Of a DNA stretch of 64,000 nt, positions 1 through 7,287 are shown piece after piece. Both the position numbers and the translations under genes were made by a program. Every line of letters begins with the position of its first letter. The stretch's first letter is position 1. This DNA comes from a virus: the IMG/VR virus record IMGVR_UViG_3300035682_000004; one strand, 5' to 3'. Below the pieces are notes generated by a model, which was not told the origin of the DNA, ran no database searches, and worked only from the letters and a program-made list of their open reading frames with translations.

Positions 1-179
1 TTGGTGATAAATTTTCTTGGTATAATGATAAGTATAGAAGTGGTAAAAGGAGATTAAAATTTAGTTGGTTAAGTGATGAGGATAGAGAGAAAGTGTATAA
101 TATTTTAAAAGATAAAGGTTATGATGTAAGAAATTATTTTAATAATTTTGATAGATTAGTTGTTTATTTAAATGATTAA
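1..179 (+). CDS. Partial early hypothetical protein (5'-truncated; ...GDKFSWYNDKYRSGKRRLKF...VVYLND*)
   Basis: Open frame from nt 3 to TAA 177-179, read manually; followed by an early promoter. Confidence 0.7.
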   Translation, partial: GDKFSWYNDKYRSGKRRLKFSWLSDEDREKVYNILKDKGYDVRNYFNNFDRLVVYLND

Positions 180-184
180 AAATG

Positions 185-216
185 TTTGGAAAGTTAAATA
201 ATTTTTATTATATTTA
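185..216 (+). promoter_or_regulatory. Early host-RNAP-type promoter TTTG-N20-TATATTTA
   Basis: TTTG 185-188, TATATTTA 209-216; resembles the Bacteroidota -33 TTTG / -7 TAnnTTTG consensus. Confidence 0.8.
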
Positions 217-261
217 AAATGTTAAGAAAATAAATAAATTAAACCCTTTAAAAAAAAAGAT

Positions 262-678
262 ATGAAAAGATTAAGTAAATTTGAAGTAGATTGTTTAGTA
301 GATGTAGTAGAGAGTAAATTAATGAGAATTGAAAAAGAAAAACTTAAAAAAGAGTGTGGTGAAAAAGTTAAAGAATGGAATAAGGAATTAAAAGAAATTT
401 TAAGTGAAAAGAGGATATTGAGTGATAAACTTGATGAAAGAATTAAGGAAATTAATAAAGAGTTATTAGTTAATGATTGGAATGGTGTTAATGTTTATAA
501 TAATGATTGTTATAGTGTGAAAGGAGATATGGTGATGATTAATGAAAATAAGAGTTATTATGGTGTGATGGGTAATGGTTTAAGAAGTAAAATTAGTAAT
601 GAAATTGTTGTTAATAGTTTAAAAGGAAATGATATTGATAGTTTAATAGATAGTTTAATAGATAAGTTTAAAAGTTAA
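262..678 (+). CDS. Early hypothetical coiled-coil protein, nearly C-free gene
   Basis: 138-aa ORF after promoter and AAAGAT-ATG start; only 2 C in 417 nt. Confidence 0.85.
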   Translation: MKRLSKFEVDCLVDVVESKLMRIEKEKLKKECGEKVKEWNKELKEILSEKRILSDKLDERIKEINKELLVNDWNGVNVYNNDCYSVKGDMVMINENKSYYGVMGNGLRSKISNEIVVNSLKGNDIDSLIDSLIDKFKS

Positions 679-701
679 TTATTAAGGGAGGGTTAAATAT
701 G

Positions 702-733
702 TTTGGCCCTCCCATTAACCTTTATTATATTTA
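702..733 (+). promoter_or_regulatory. Early promoter overlapping the gggagggttaaa/tttggccctccc hairpin
   Basis: TTTG 702-705, 20-nt spacer, TATATTTA 726-733. Confidence 0.8.
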
Positions 734-752
734 GTTAAATAAGAAAAAAGAT

Positions 753-974
753 ATGAAAAAAGAAATGAAGTTTAAGATCGGTGATATGGTTAAACCTACA
801 AATACGGTTTATGGTAAAAGATTTATTGGTAAAATTTGTGATTGTTGGATGAATAAACCTGAAAACATCCAAATTAAAGATGGTGAAATTGTTTATGTAG
901 TAATACATGATAATTATAGAGGTCATATGTTAAGGGAAGTTGATATTAAAGAATCTGATTTGGTTGCTCTATAA
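753..974 (+). CDS. Small early protein, SH3/KOW-like start (MKFKIGDMVK)
   Basis: ORF with own promoter; FKIGDxV start is common in small phage beta-barrel proteins. Confidence 0.75.
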   Translation: MKKEMKFKIGDMVKPTNTVYGKRFIGKICDCWMNKPENIQIKDGEIVYVVIHDNYRGHMLREVDIKESDLVAL

Positions 975-1000
975 TTTATATTAAGGGAGGGTTAAATATG

Positions 1001-1032
1001 TTTGGCCCTTCCATTAATCTTTATTATATTTA
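1001..1032 (+). promoter_or_regulatory. Early promoter
   Basis: TTTG-N20-TATATTTA. Confidence 0.8.
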
Positions 1033-1073
1033 GTTATTAAGAAAATAAGTTAAACACTTTAAAAACATAAGAT

Positions 1074-1277
1074 ATGGCAAATATGAGTTATTGTAGGTTC
1101 AGAAATACTTACTTAGATTTAATTGATTGTTCTAATAATTTAAATGACAAAGATATGTCATTTGATGAAAAAATGGCTAAGAAGAATTTATTAGAATTGT
1201 GTAAGGAAATGATTGAAGATTATGAGTTTAATAATTTAGGTGAGTTAGAAGATGATTTTGATGAGGTTTGGAGTTAA
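1074..1277 (+). CDS. Small acidic early phage protein (MANMSYCRFRNT...)
   Basis: ORF after promoter and AAGAT-ATG. Confidence 0.8.
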   Translation: MANMSYCRFRNTYLDLIDCSNNLNDKDMSFDEKMAKKNLLELCKEMIEDYEFNNLGELEDDFDEVWS

Positions 1278-1282
1278 ATAGA

Positions 1283-1314
1283 TTTGGCCTTCGGGCCAAT
1301 CTTTATTATATTTA
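1283..1314 (+). promoter_or_regulatory. Early promoter with internal ttggcc-TTCG-ggccaa hairpin
   Basis: TTTG-N20-TATATTTA with a UUCG-capped stem. Confidence 0.8.
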
Positions 1315-1334
1315 AATATAAAGAAAAAAAAGAT

Positions 1335-1658
1335 ATGAAAAATCAATCGTATAAAATTATCTCTAAAGAAAATCATAAAAATATTTGTGATGCTTATTGT
1401 TTAGAATTAAATAATGAGACTTATAAAGGATTTAATATTCAAACTAAAGGATATTTACTTTATAATGAAGGAAAAACATTTGATTTAAGTAATAATTTAA
1501 TTAATAAGTATCTAAATTTTGATTTATGGTCAGAAATAAGAGATATTAATGGAGTATTCTTAAAAAGAATTGCAGGTTCTAATCAAGGACATTTAATTAA
1601 TAGTTCTATAAATAGAGTAAAAAAATATATAGATAATAATAGTCATAGATTAAAATAA
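1335..1658 (+). CDS. Early hypothetical protein (start corrected to ATG 1335)
   Basis: Track start 1284 lies inside the promoter; AAAGAT-ATG at 1335 is in frame. Confidence 0.75.
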   Translation: MKNQSYKIISKENHKNICDAYCLELNNETYKGFNIQTKGYLLYNEGKTFDLSNNLINKYLNFDLWSEIRDINGVFLKRIAGSNQGHLINSSINRVKKYIDNNSHRLK

Positions 1659-1659
1659 G

Positions 1660-1691
1660 TTTGGCCTCGCCATGAACTGATGTTATATTTA
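1660..1691 (+). promoter_or_regulatory. Early promoter
   Basis: TTTG-N20-TATATTTA. Confidence 0.8.
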
Positions 1692-1709
1692 GATATAAAG
1701 AAAAAAGAT

Positions 1710-1850
1710 ATGACAGTAGAAGAATTAATTGAAAAATTATCTAAAATTGAAGATAAAACAAAAGAAGTAATGCTTATAGGTGATACTAAAGAGTGGATAA
1801 ATCATAGGATTAAAGAAAAAGAGAATTGTATAATTTTATATAATAATTAA
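1710..1850 (+). CDS. Small early protein, 46 aa (MTVEELIEKLSKIEDK...)
   Basis: Read manually; promoter plus AAAGAT-ATG; below the ORF-track cutoff. Confidence 0.75.
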   Translation: MTVEELIEKLSKIEDKTKEVMLIGDTKEWINHRIKEKENCIILYNN

Positions 1851-1857
1851 ATAAGAT

Positions 1858-2034
1858 ATGAATAAATTAAAATTTGATTTTATGGATGATTTAATATTAA
1901 ATCAAGATCATGAAATTTTAGAAACTGTTATTAACTCTATATGTAAAGAGTTGGGTAAAGAAGGATTTGATAAAGGTGATATTAATAAATTTGTATTGGT
2001 TAAGGTTAAAGAATATTTGGCCTTGGTAAAATAA
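1858..2034 (+). CDS. Small early protein, 58 aa (MNKLKFDFMDDL...)
   Basis: Read manually; AAGAT-ATG start. Confidence 0.7.
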   Translation: MNKLKFDFMDDLILNQDHEILETVINSICKELGKEGFDKGDINKFVLVKVKEYLALVK

Positions 2035-2047
2035 GATGTTATATTTA
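2016..2047 (+). promoter_or_regulatory. Early promoter
   Basis: TTTG-N20-TATATTTA. Confidence 0.8.
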
Positions 2048-2087
2048 GGTATAAAGAAAATAAGTTAAACATTTAAAAAAAAAAGAT

Positions 2088-2273
2088 ATGGGAAGTACAG
2101 TATTTGCAGTTTCAGATTTTGAAGGATCATTTGAAGAATTAGTTCATATTGATAATATCAATATAATTGAGTATATTGAAGAAGGATATGATGGTGGTTT
2201 ACCAAGTGTTAAAGTAATGGATGATGGTGAAGAAGATACTTGGTTTTATATTGATTTAGTAGAAATTGATTAA
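2088..2273 (+). CDS. Small, highly acidic early protein (possible DNA mimic)
   Basis: 61 aa, D/E-rich with a single basic residue; own promoter. Confidence 0.7.
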   Translation: MGSTVFAVSDFEGSFEELVHIDNINIIEYIEEGYDGGLPSVKVMDDGEEDTWFYIDLVEID

Positions 2274-2277
2274 TTTG

Positions 2278-2309
2278 TTTGGAATCCCAATTAATTGATG
2301 TTATATTTA
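2278..2309 (+). promoter_or_regulatory. Early promoter
   Basis: TTTG-N20-TATATTTA. Confidence 0.8.
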
Positions 2310-2327
2310 GGTATAAGAAAAAAAGAT

Positions 2328-2576
2328 ATGATAAACGAAACAGAATTAAAATCAGGTTACTTCATTTATGGTAACAAAGGTAATGTGTGGAGTAACACAG
2401 CACACATTTACAAATCAGGTCAAGGTAACTTATGTGGTACACCAGCACTTGCAACTAACCATGCCAAGTTTAATGGAATTAAAGTGGCGGGTTGTGTAGA
2501 GTGTAGTAAGGAGTATAGTGAGTTAATGGAACATCAATATTGGATTGATAAAAAAGAAGATTTGATAGAAGGTTAA
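2328..2576 (+). CDS. Small early protein with putative Zn site (H..C..CxxC)
   Basis: AHIY...LCG...GCVEC; start corrected to AAAGAT-ATG 2328. Confidence 0.7.
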   Translation: MINETELKSGYFIYGNKGNVWSNTAHIYKSGQGNLCGTPALATNHAKFNGIKVAGCVECSKEYSELMEHQYWIDKKEDLIEG

Positions 2577-2581
2577 ACAGG

Positions 2582-2613
2582 TTTGGCCTTAGGGCCAAAC
2601 TTTATTATATTTA
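2582..2613 (+). promoter_or_regulatory. Early promoter with gtttggcc-ttag-ggccaaac hairpin
   Basis: TTTG-N20-TATATTTA. Confidence 0.8.
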
Positions 2614-2639
2614 ATTATTAAGAAATTAAAGAAAAAGAT

Positions 2640-2816
2640 ATGAAAAGAGATTATTTTCAACACCAGATTTGTTTATTAACTAAACCAAAACATGATTCAA
2701 AGTTATATAAACTTATAACTCAGATGACTGAAGATTTAAGAGAAAAAGGTGTTTGTAAGAAACAAATTAAAGAATATTTAATTTTAGAAGTTAAACAAAT
2801 TATTAGTGAAACATAA
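2640..2816 (+). CDS. Small early protein, 58 aa (MKRDYFQHQIC...)
   Basis: Read manually; promoter plus AAAGAT-ATG. Confidence 0.7.
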   Translation: MKRDYFQHQICLLTKPKHDSKLYKLITQMTEDLREKGVCKKQIKEYLILEVKQIISET

Positions 2817-2821
2817 ATAGG

Positions 2822-2853
2822 TTTGGCCCTCCGGGGTAAGGATGTTATATTTA
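2822..2853 (+). promoter_or_regulatory. Early promoter
   Basis: TTTG-N20-TATATTTA. Confidence 0.8.
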
Positions 2854-2879
2854 AGTATTAAGAAATTAAAGAAAAAGAT

Positions 2880-3764
2880 ATGAACCAAACACAAACTAAA
2901 AGACGCGGTAGACCGTCTAAAAAGAAGGTAGCGCAAAATGTCACATACACGCCATCGTTAATTGATTTCTCGGCTATAACTAAGTTAAATAACTTAAATG
3001 TCGATCCTAAAATGATGGAGACAATGAAGTCAGGTCTAGCATTAGATCACTTTGTAAGTTATGAGGGTGGAGTGCCGAGTGCTTCAAATATGATGATTAT
3101 AGGTGATCCGGGTGTAGGTAAAACAACATTGTTACTTGATCTATTAGCCGCGGTACAAAATAAAAATCGTAAGTGCTTATTCATATCAGGTGAGATGGGC
3201 CGTAAGCAAATGTTTAAATACACACAAAGGTTCCCACAGTTTGGTATAGTAGACACTTTATTTATGAGTGACTATATGAATCATAACACTAAGGATGTAA
3301 TTGAACAAGCGCTTAACATTGGTTATGATTTAGTTTTAATTGATTCCATCGCTGAAATTATTGATGGGGTTAGGGATGATAACAATTGGGATAGAAAAAT
3401 TGCCGAGTCATGGTTAGTAGATGTTTGTGTTAACAATAATAAAGGCGATAATAAAGGAAATAAGTACACATCGTTTCTACTGATTCAACAGGTTACTAAA
3501 GCGGGTGTGTTTGTGGGTTCGAATAAGCTGAAACACTTAACAGACGCAATGTTAGAAATGAGACGTGAGTCAGATAGAAATGGTGGTGGTACATATTTAA
3601 CATTTACTAAGAATAGAAATGGTGAGGCTGGGATGAGAATGAGTTTTCAATTAACAGGTACACAAATATATTACGGCACAATTGAAATTGATTCTGATGG
3701 ATCAGATGAGGAGTTGGAATTAGAAATAACCAACCCGGAGTATCAAAACATTATTTTTTCTTAA
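2880..3764 (+). CDS. RecA-superfamily ATPase, RadA/Sms-like core with N-terminal AT-hook
   Basis: Walker A GDPGVGKT, ISGE, Walker B LVLIDS, KHLTDA and KNRNG (cf. RadA EHxVD, KNRFG); KRRGRPSKK AT-hook. Confidence 0.8.
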   Translation: MNQTQTKRRGRPSKKKVAQNVTYTPSLIDFSAITKLNNLNVDPKMMETMKSGLALDHFVSYEGGVPSASNMMIIGDPGVGKTTLLLDLLAAVQNKNRKCLFISGEMGRKQMFKYTQRFPQFGIVDTLFMSDYMNHNTKDVIEQALNIGYDLVLIDSIAEIIDGVRDDNNWDRKIAESWLVDVCVNNNKGDNKGNKYTSFLLIQQVTKAGVFVGSNKLKHLTDAMLEMRRESDRNGGGTYLTFTKNRNGEAGMRMSFQLTGTQIYYGTIEIDSDGSDEELELEITNPEYQNIIFS

Positions 3765-3769
3765 TATCT

Positions 3770-3816
3770 GAGGTAACTGGTCCTGGCGCGTTTCATATCC
3801 GCCCAGGGCTAACCTC
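3770..3816 (+). terminator. GC-rich stem-loop after the ATPase gene
   Basis: gaggt..tggtcctgg / ccagggcta..acctc pairing. Confidence 0.5.
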
Positions 3817-3819
3817 TTG

Positions 3820-3851
3820 CTTGGCCTCCCGATCAATTGATGTTATATTTA
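3820..3851 (+). promoter_or_regulatory. Early promoter
   Basis: CTTG-N20-TATATTTA. Confidence 0.75.
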
Positions 3852-3869
3852 ATTATAAAGAAAAAAGAT

Positions 3870-4103
3870 ATGACAAACACAAACACTATCATTAAACAAT
3901 TTTTAAAATTAAATTTTCCTAAACAGTTTATTTATTTTAATAATCCAAAATCAATTAAAATTCAATTACCAAACACAATTTCTGAATCATTAATTAATTT
4001 TTTACAATCTCAAAATATTCAATTTAATTCAACACAACCTGAATTAATTCAATATCAATTAACATTTATTAAAAACATGACTCAAATCATAATTAATAAA
4101 TAA
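3870..4103 (+). CDS. Early hypothetical protein, nearly G-free gene (77 aa)
   Basis: AAAGAT-ATG at 3870 after promoter; 5 G in 234 nt. Confidence 0.7.
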   Translation: MTNTNTIIKQFLKLNFPKQFIYFNNPKSIKIQLPNTISESLINFLQSQNIQFNSTQPELIQYQLTFIKNMTQIIINK

Positions 4104-4107
4104 AAAA

Positions 4108-4139
4108 TTTGGCTTCCGGGTCAATTGATGTTATATTTA
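4108..4139 (+). promoter_or_regulatory. Early promoter
   Basis: TTTG-N20-TATATTTA. Confidence 0.8.
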
Positions 4140-4161
4140 GATATAATAAGAAAATAAAGAT

Positions 4162-4596
4162 ATGAAAAAAGAAATTATTATTGCTCAAAAAAACAAAGAT
4201 TTAATCATCACAAACTATAGTGGTGATAGTATGTGTGGTGAAGGTAAGTATAGAGTTATAACAAAATGTCAAGCCGGGTTTATGATTACAAGTGTTAAAC
4301 AAGCTAAAAGTGCGATTGATGTATTTCGTAGTTATAAAATTAAACATGTACATTCAATTGCCTATATAAAAGAAAATGATAAGTTGGGTAGGTATGATTT
4401 TATGGTTTACGCTCGGGTAGGTAAAAAAGTATGGATTGAGGAAGATTTATTACGTGAGTTAGAGATAGGTGATATTAATCAGAGTCTATATAATACAGCT
4501 TTATATTCTCAAGAACAATATAATAAAGTAAATGCTAAGTCATGGGCAAGTAAAGCATATGTGATGAATGGTTCGTTTGAATTTAGTGAGGTCTGA
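4162..4596 (+). CDS. Early hypothetical protein
   Basis: 144-aa ORF with own promoter. Confidence 0.8.
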   Translation: MKKEIIIAQKNKDLIITNYSGDSMCGEGKYRVITKCQAGFMITSVKQAKSAIDVFRSYKIKHVHSIAYIKENDKLGRYDFMVYARVGKKVWIEEDLLRELEIGDINQSLYNTALYSQEQYNKVNAKSWASKAYVMNGSFEFSEV

Positions 4597-4628
4597 TTTG
4601 GCCTCGCTAATAATTGATGTTATATTTA
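4597..4628 (+). promoter_or_regulatory. Early promoter
   Basis: TTTG-N20-TATATTTA. Confidence 0.8.
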
Positions 4629-4647
4629 GATATAATAAGAAACGGAT

Positions 4648-4782
4648 ATGAAAATATTAAACATTTTAGATGTACCAGGTAACGAGTTAGTAGAAGTGTT
4701 ATGGATCGATGATAATGAAATCGAGTTAATACCACTACAAGAGTTTATTAGTAAGTATGGAGTAGACAAATTAAATAAATAA
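4648..4782 (+). CDS. Small early protein, 44 aa (MKILNILDVPGNE...)
   Basis: Read manually; promoter plus GGAT-ATG. Confidence 0.65.
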   Translation: MKILNILDVPGNELVEVLWIDDNEIELIPLQEFISKYGVDKLNK

Positions 4783-4785
4783 GAT

Positions 4786-4980
4786 ATGAATATAATAAAA
4801 TTAGAAACAAGAATAACCACAACGTTTGAGGTGTATTATGAAAGGTATAATTACACAGTGGTTAAAGAACAGTTAAGTAAAAACACATTTAAGTACACTG
4901 TGATAGAAAGTTTTGATCAACCACTTGATGATGACTTTAAATCAAGGTTAGTGATGGAACTAGAAAGTGTAATTGGTTAA
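4786..4980 (+). CDS. Small early hypothetical protein
   Basis: ORF track; AAGAT-ATG. Confidence 0.7.
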   Translation: MNIIKLETRITTTFEVYYERYNYTVVKEQLSKNTFKYTVIESFDQPLDDDFKSRLVMELESVIG

Positions 4981-4982
4981 CC

Positions 4983-5138
4983 ATGAGAAAAACAATCACA
5001 CTATTAGCATTATTAATTGGATTACTAATGTTAACACAATCATGTTCATCACGTCGTTACTATAGACATCACAAGCCTAAACAAGCATGTAAGGGCGGTG
5101 ACTGGGGAGGCAATTTAATGGAAAAACGTATATGGTAA
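4983..5138 (+). CDS. Small lipoprotein, 51 aa (MRKTITLLALLIGLLMLTQSC...)
   Basis: Read manually; signal peptide II with lipobox Cys. Confidence 0.7.
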   Translation: MRKTITLLALLIGLLMLTQSCSSRRYYRHHKPKQACKGGDWGGNLMEKRIW

Positions 5139-5142
5139 TTTG

Positions 5143-5174
5143 TTTGGCTCACCACAATTAGTTTATTATATTTA
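5143..5174 (+). promoter_or_regulatory. Early promoter
   Basis: TTTG-N20-TATATTTA. Confidence 0.8.
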
Positions 5175-5193
5175 AGTATAATAAGAAACGGAT

Positions 5194-5379
5194 ATGAAAA
5201 AAGAACACTTAATAAACAACACCTACCAAGTAGTAGATAATGATGATAATGTATTATTCCAAGGTTCGGAATCGGAATGTAATGAATATATCATGGACCA
5301 AGGTATGGAGAATTTATTAAACCGTATTAATAATAATCCAGAATTATTAGATGTGTTCAAACGATTAAATGATAGATAG
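5194..5379 (+). CDS. Small early hypothetical protein
   Basis: ORF track; own promoter. Confidence 0.75.
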   Translation: MKKEHLINNTYQVVDNDDNVLFQGSESECNEYIMDQGMENLLNRINNNPELLDVFKRLNDR

Positions 5380-5380
5380 G

Positions 5381-5412
5381 TTTGGCTTACCAGGATTAGT
5401 TTATTATATTTA
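5381..5412 (+). promoter_or_regulatory. Early promoter
   Basis: TTTG-N20-TATATTTA. Confidence 0.8.
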
Positions 5413-5434
5413 ATTATAATAAGAAAATAAAGAT

Positions 5435-5590
5435 ATGAACATCGAAAAAACAAAATTAGACATTATTAAAAACACATTAACAGCAGTATTAGAATCTGAT
5501 GTAATAGTAGATAATAATAATTCAGATGCATTTAAATTTGGTTACTTAAAAGGTACCATTAATACAATAATTGAGTTTATAAACGAATAA
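5435..5590 (+). CDS. Small early protein, 51 aa (MNIEKTKLDII...AFKFGYLKGTI...)
   Basis: Read manually; promoter plus AAAGAT-ATG. Confidence 0.7.
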   Translation: MNIEKTKLDIIKNTLTAVLESDVIVDNNNSDAFKFGYLKGTINTIIEFINE

Positions 5591-5595
5591 CAAAT

Positions 5596-5683
5596 AGTCA
5601 AGTGGTGGAATGGTTACCACGGTGGAGGTAGATGCAGCAATGTAATCCCAAAACAGAAACAGGTTCGAATCCTGTCCTGACTA
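5596..5683 (+). ncRNA. tRNA-like RNA 1 lacking a canonical anticodon arm
   Basis: Acceptor AGTCAAG/CCTGACT-A, D-arm GTGG/CCAC, T-arm ACAGG-TTCGAAT-CCTGT; the middle is a GCAA-capped hairpin. Confidence 0.7.
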
Positions 5684-5998
5684 CGAAGAGATAACAATCT
5701 TCCGATATGGCATCCATTCCGTTAATATGGAGAACTTGTTTGGCGGCTCGGAAAGACGAGCATTTATATTTAAAACATTAATCAACATGATAACATTTTT
5801 ATTAGTAGTAGCAATACTATATTTAGCCTCAATTAACAATAACACTAAACACTAAAACCGCAACAACATGTCAGACATCGGAATCGACTTTAGCATCACG
5901 TTAATACTTACTATGGTAGTATTGGTGGTTGGAACAGAATTAATTGACCGTTATAAACAACACAGACGGGTTAAATAATATTTCATATCATATCTTAT

Positions 5999-6030
5999 GG
6001 GGGTCTGGATTTCTAGATCCCCTTTCTTTT
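5999..6030 (+). terminator. Intrinsic terminator closing the early array
   Basis: gggggtctgg-attt-ctagatcccc followed by tttctttt. Confidence 0.75.
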
Positions 6031-6073
6031 GTCTTGTGTGGGTTACATCCCCTATCTGTTTGCGGTATATATA

Positions 6074-6270
6074 CGGTATATGTACGGAGGTAATGCGGTG
6101 GAAATGCGTGCGTTGTTATCCATCGATGCGTGGTATGTGGTATAGTATAAGGGGAATGTAAAAACAGCAAGTAAACGTATACTGCGCGCGGAGCGTATAT
6201 ATTGATATACTACCACTACCTACCATACCACTAACACGCATTAACACCGCTATACTCCGCCCATATCCCG
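6074..6270. repeat. Long imperfect inverted repeat in a non-coding, GC-richer block
   Basis: 6074-6110 pairs with 6235-6270 and 6130-6149 pairs with 6206-6231; G-rich left arm, C-rich right arm. Confidence 0.75.
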
Positions 6271-6408
6271 GCTATAAACGACGAACGATTGTAAAATGCA
6301 TAATGCGTAATTCCATATAGCCCTTTTGGTATAACCGGTTAAAGGCCGGGAACAACTTAGAAGTACAATTTTTCACATCGATGCAAATATATACCTATAT
6401 ACCTTAAG

Positions 6409-6440
6409 TTTGGCTCACCAGGATAAGGATATTATATTTA
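6409..6440 (+). promoter_or_regulatory. Early promoter
   Basis: TTTG-N20-TATATTTA. Confidence 0.8.
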
Positions 6441-6486
6441 AGATGTTAAAAAAGATATAAGTTAAACAATTTAAAAAATAAAGGTT

Positions 6487-7287
6487 ATGCTAGACATTAA
6501 AAACATGGATTTCATCGACAAGTCGGAAATCAAAACAAGAGCAAATTCAATTTTCACAACTACCGGTTCACCTAGTACTTCAGATAAGTACGCTCACATC
6601 TCAACCGAAAAAATTATTGACGATATGGAGTTATTAGGATGGGGTGTGGTTGATGCAAAACAAGTTAAAGCGCGTAAGAGTGTAGGATATCAAAAACACT
6701 TAGTTGTGTTTAGAAATCCAGAAATTGTAATTGATGGGGTAGATGGTGACACAGTTTTCCCTCAAATATTACTTACCAATTCACATGACGGTAAAAATGC
6801 GTTTACATTCACAGCCGGTTTATTTAGAATGATTTGTGAAAATGGTTTAGTGGTTTGTAATCAAGAATTCGAGAATCTAAAAATTAGACACTACGGATAC
6901 GATTTTGAGGAACTAGAAAAAACCATTAATACAATGGTAGAAAAGTTACCGTTAACTGTTGAATCAATGAACCGCTTTAAAACCACGGTTTTGAATTCAA
7001 ACCAAATGCTTGATTTTGCTAAACGCGCATTGAATTCCAGATTTACTGATAGTGAATTAGAGCATATCACCATCGATTTAAATGACTTATTAACTCCGTC
7101 ACGTGAGGAAGATAAGGGTAACGACATGTGGTCAGTGTTTAATACGGTTCAGGAAAAATTAACACACGGGTTATTTAATTACGCTTATGGTTCTAAAAAT
7201 CGTAAGGCACGTAAAATTAAGAACTTCAATAAGGACATGGAGTTAAACAATAAGTTGTACCAATTAGCAAACGAATTCGTCAATTAA
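6487..7287 (+). CDS. DUF932/DUF945-family protein
   Basis: ILLTNSHDG, AGLFRMICENGL, WSVFNTVQE motifs. Confidence 0.85.
   Translation: MLDIKNMDFIDKSEIKTRANSIFTTTGSPSTSDKYAHISTEKIIDDMELLGWGVVDAKQVKARKSVGYQKHLVVFRNPEIVIDGVDGDTVFPQILLTNSHDGKNAFTFTAGLFRMICENGLVVCNQEFENLKIRHYGYDFEELEKTINTMVEKLPLTVESMNRFKTTVLNSNQMLDFAKRALNSRFTDSELEHITIDLNDLLTPSREEDKGNDMWSVFNTVQEKLTHGLFNYAYGSKNRKARKIKNFNKDMELNNKLYQLANEFVN

Larger units (their letters stand above)
681..1036 (+). repeat. Near-identical ~56-bp direct repeat (681-737 and 980-1036): hairpin plus promoter cassette
   Basis: attaagggagggttaaatatgtttggccct(c/t)ccattaa(c/t)ctttattatatttagtta occurs twice, flanking ORF 753-974. Confidence 0.9.

Noticed and set aside
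1-4103. Skewed genes as products of a diversity-generating retroelement or simple deamination
   Set aside because: No reverse transcriptase or template/variable repeat pair. DGRs mutate A, and opposite skews on one strand do not fit a single deamination bias.
5739-5772. Additional early promoter TTTG...TATATTTA
   Set aside because: Spacer is 22 nt rather than the invariant 20, so it was not counted.
185-6440. Regularly recurring repeats resembling a CRISPR array
   Set aside because: Repeats are degenerate promoters, and the intervening sequences are long, variable-length stretches containing ORFs; no cas genes.
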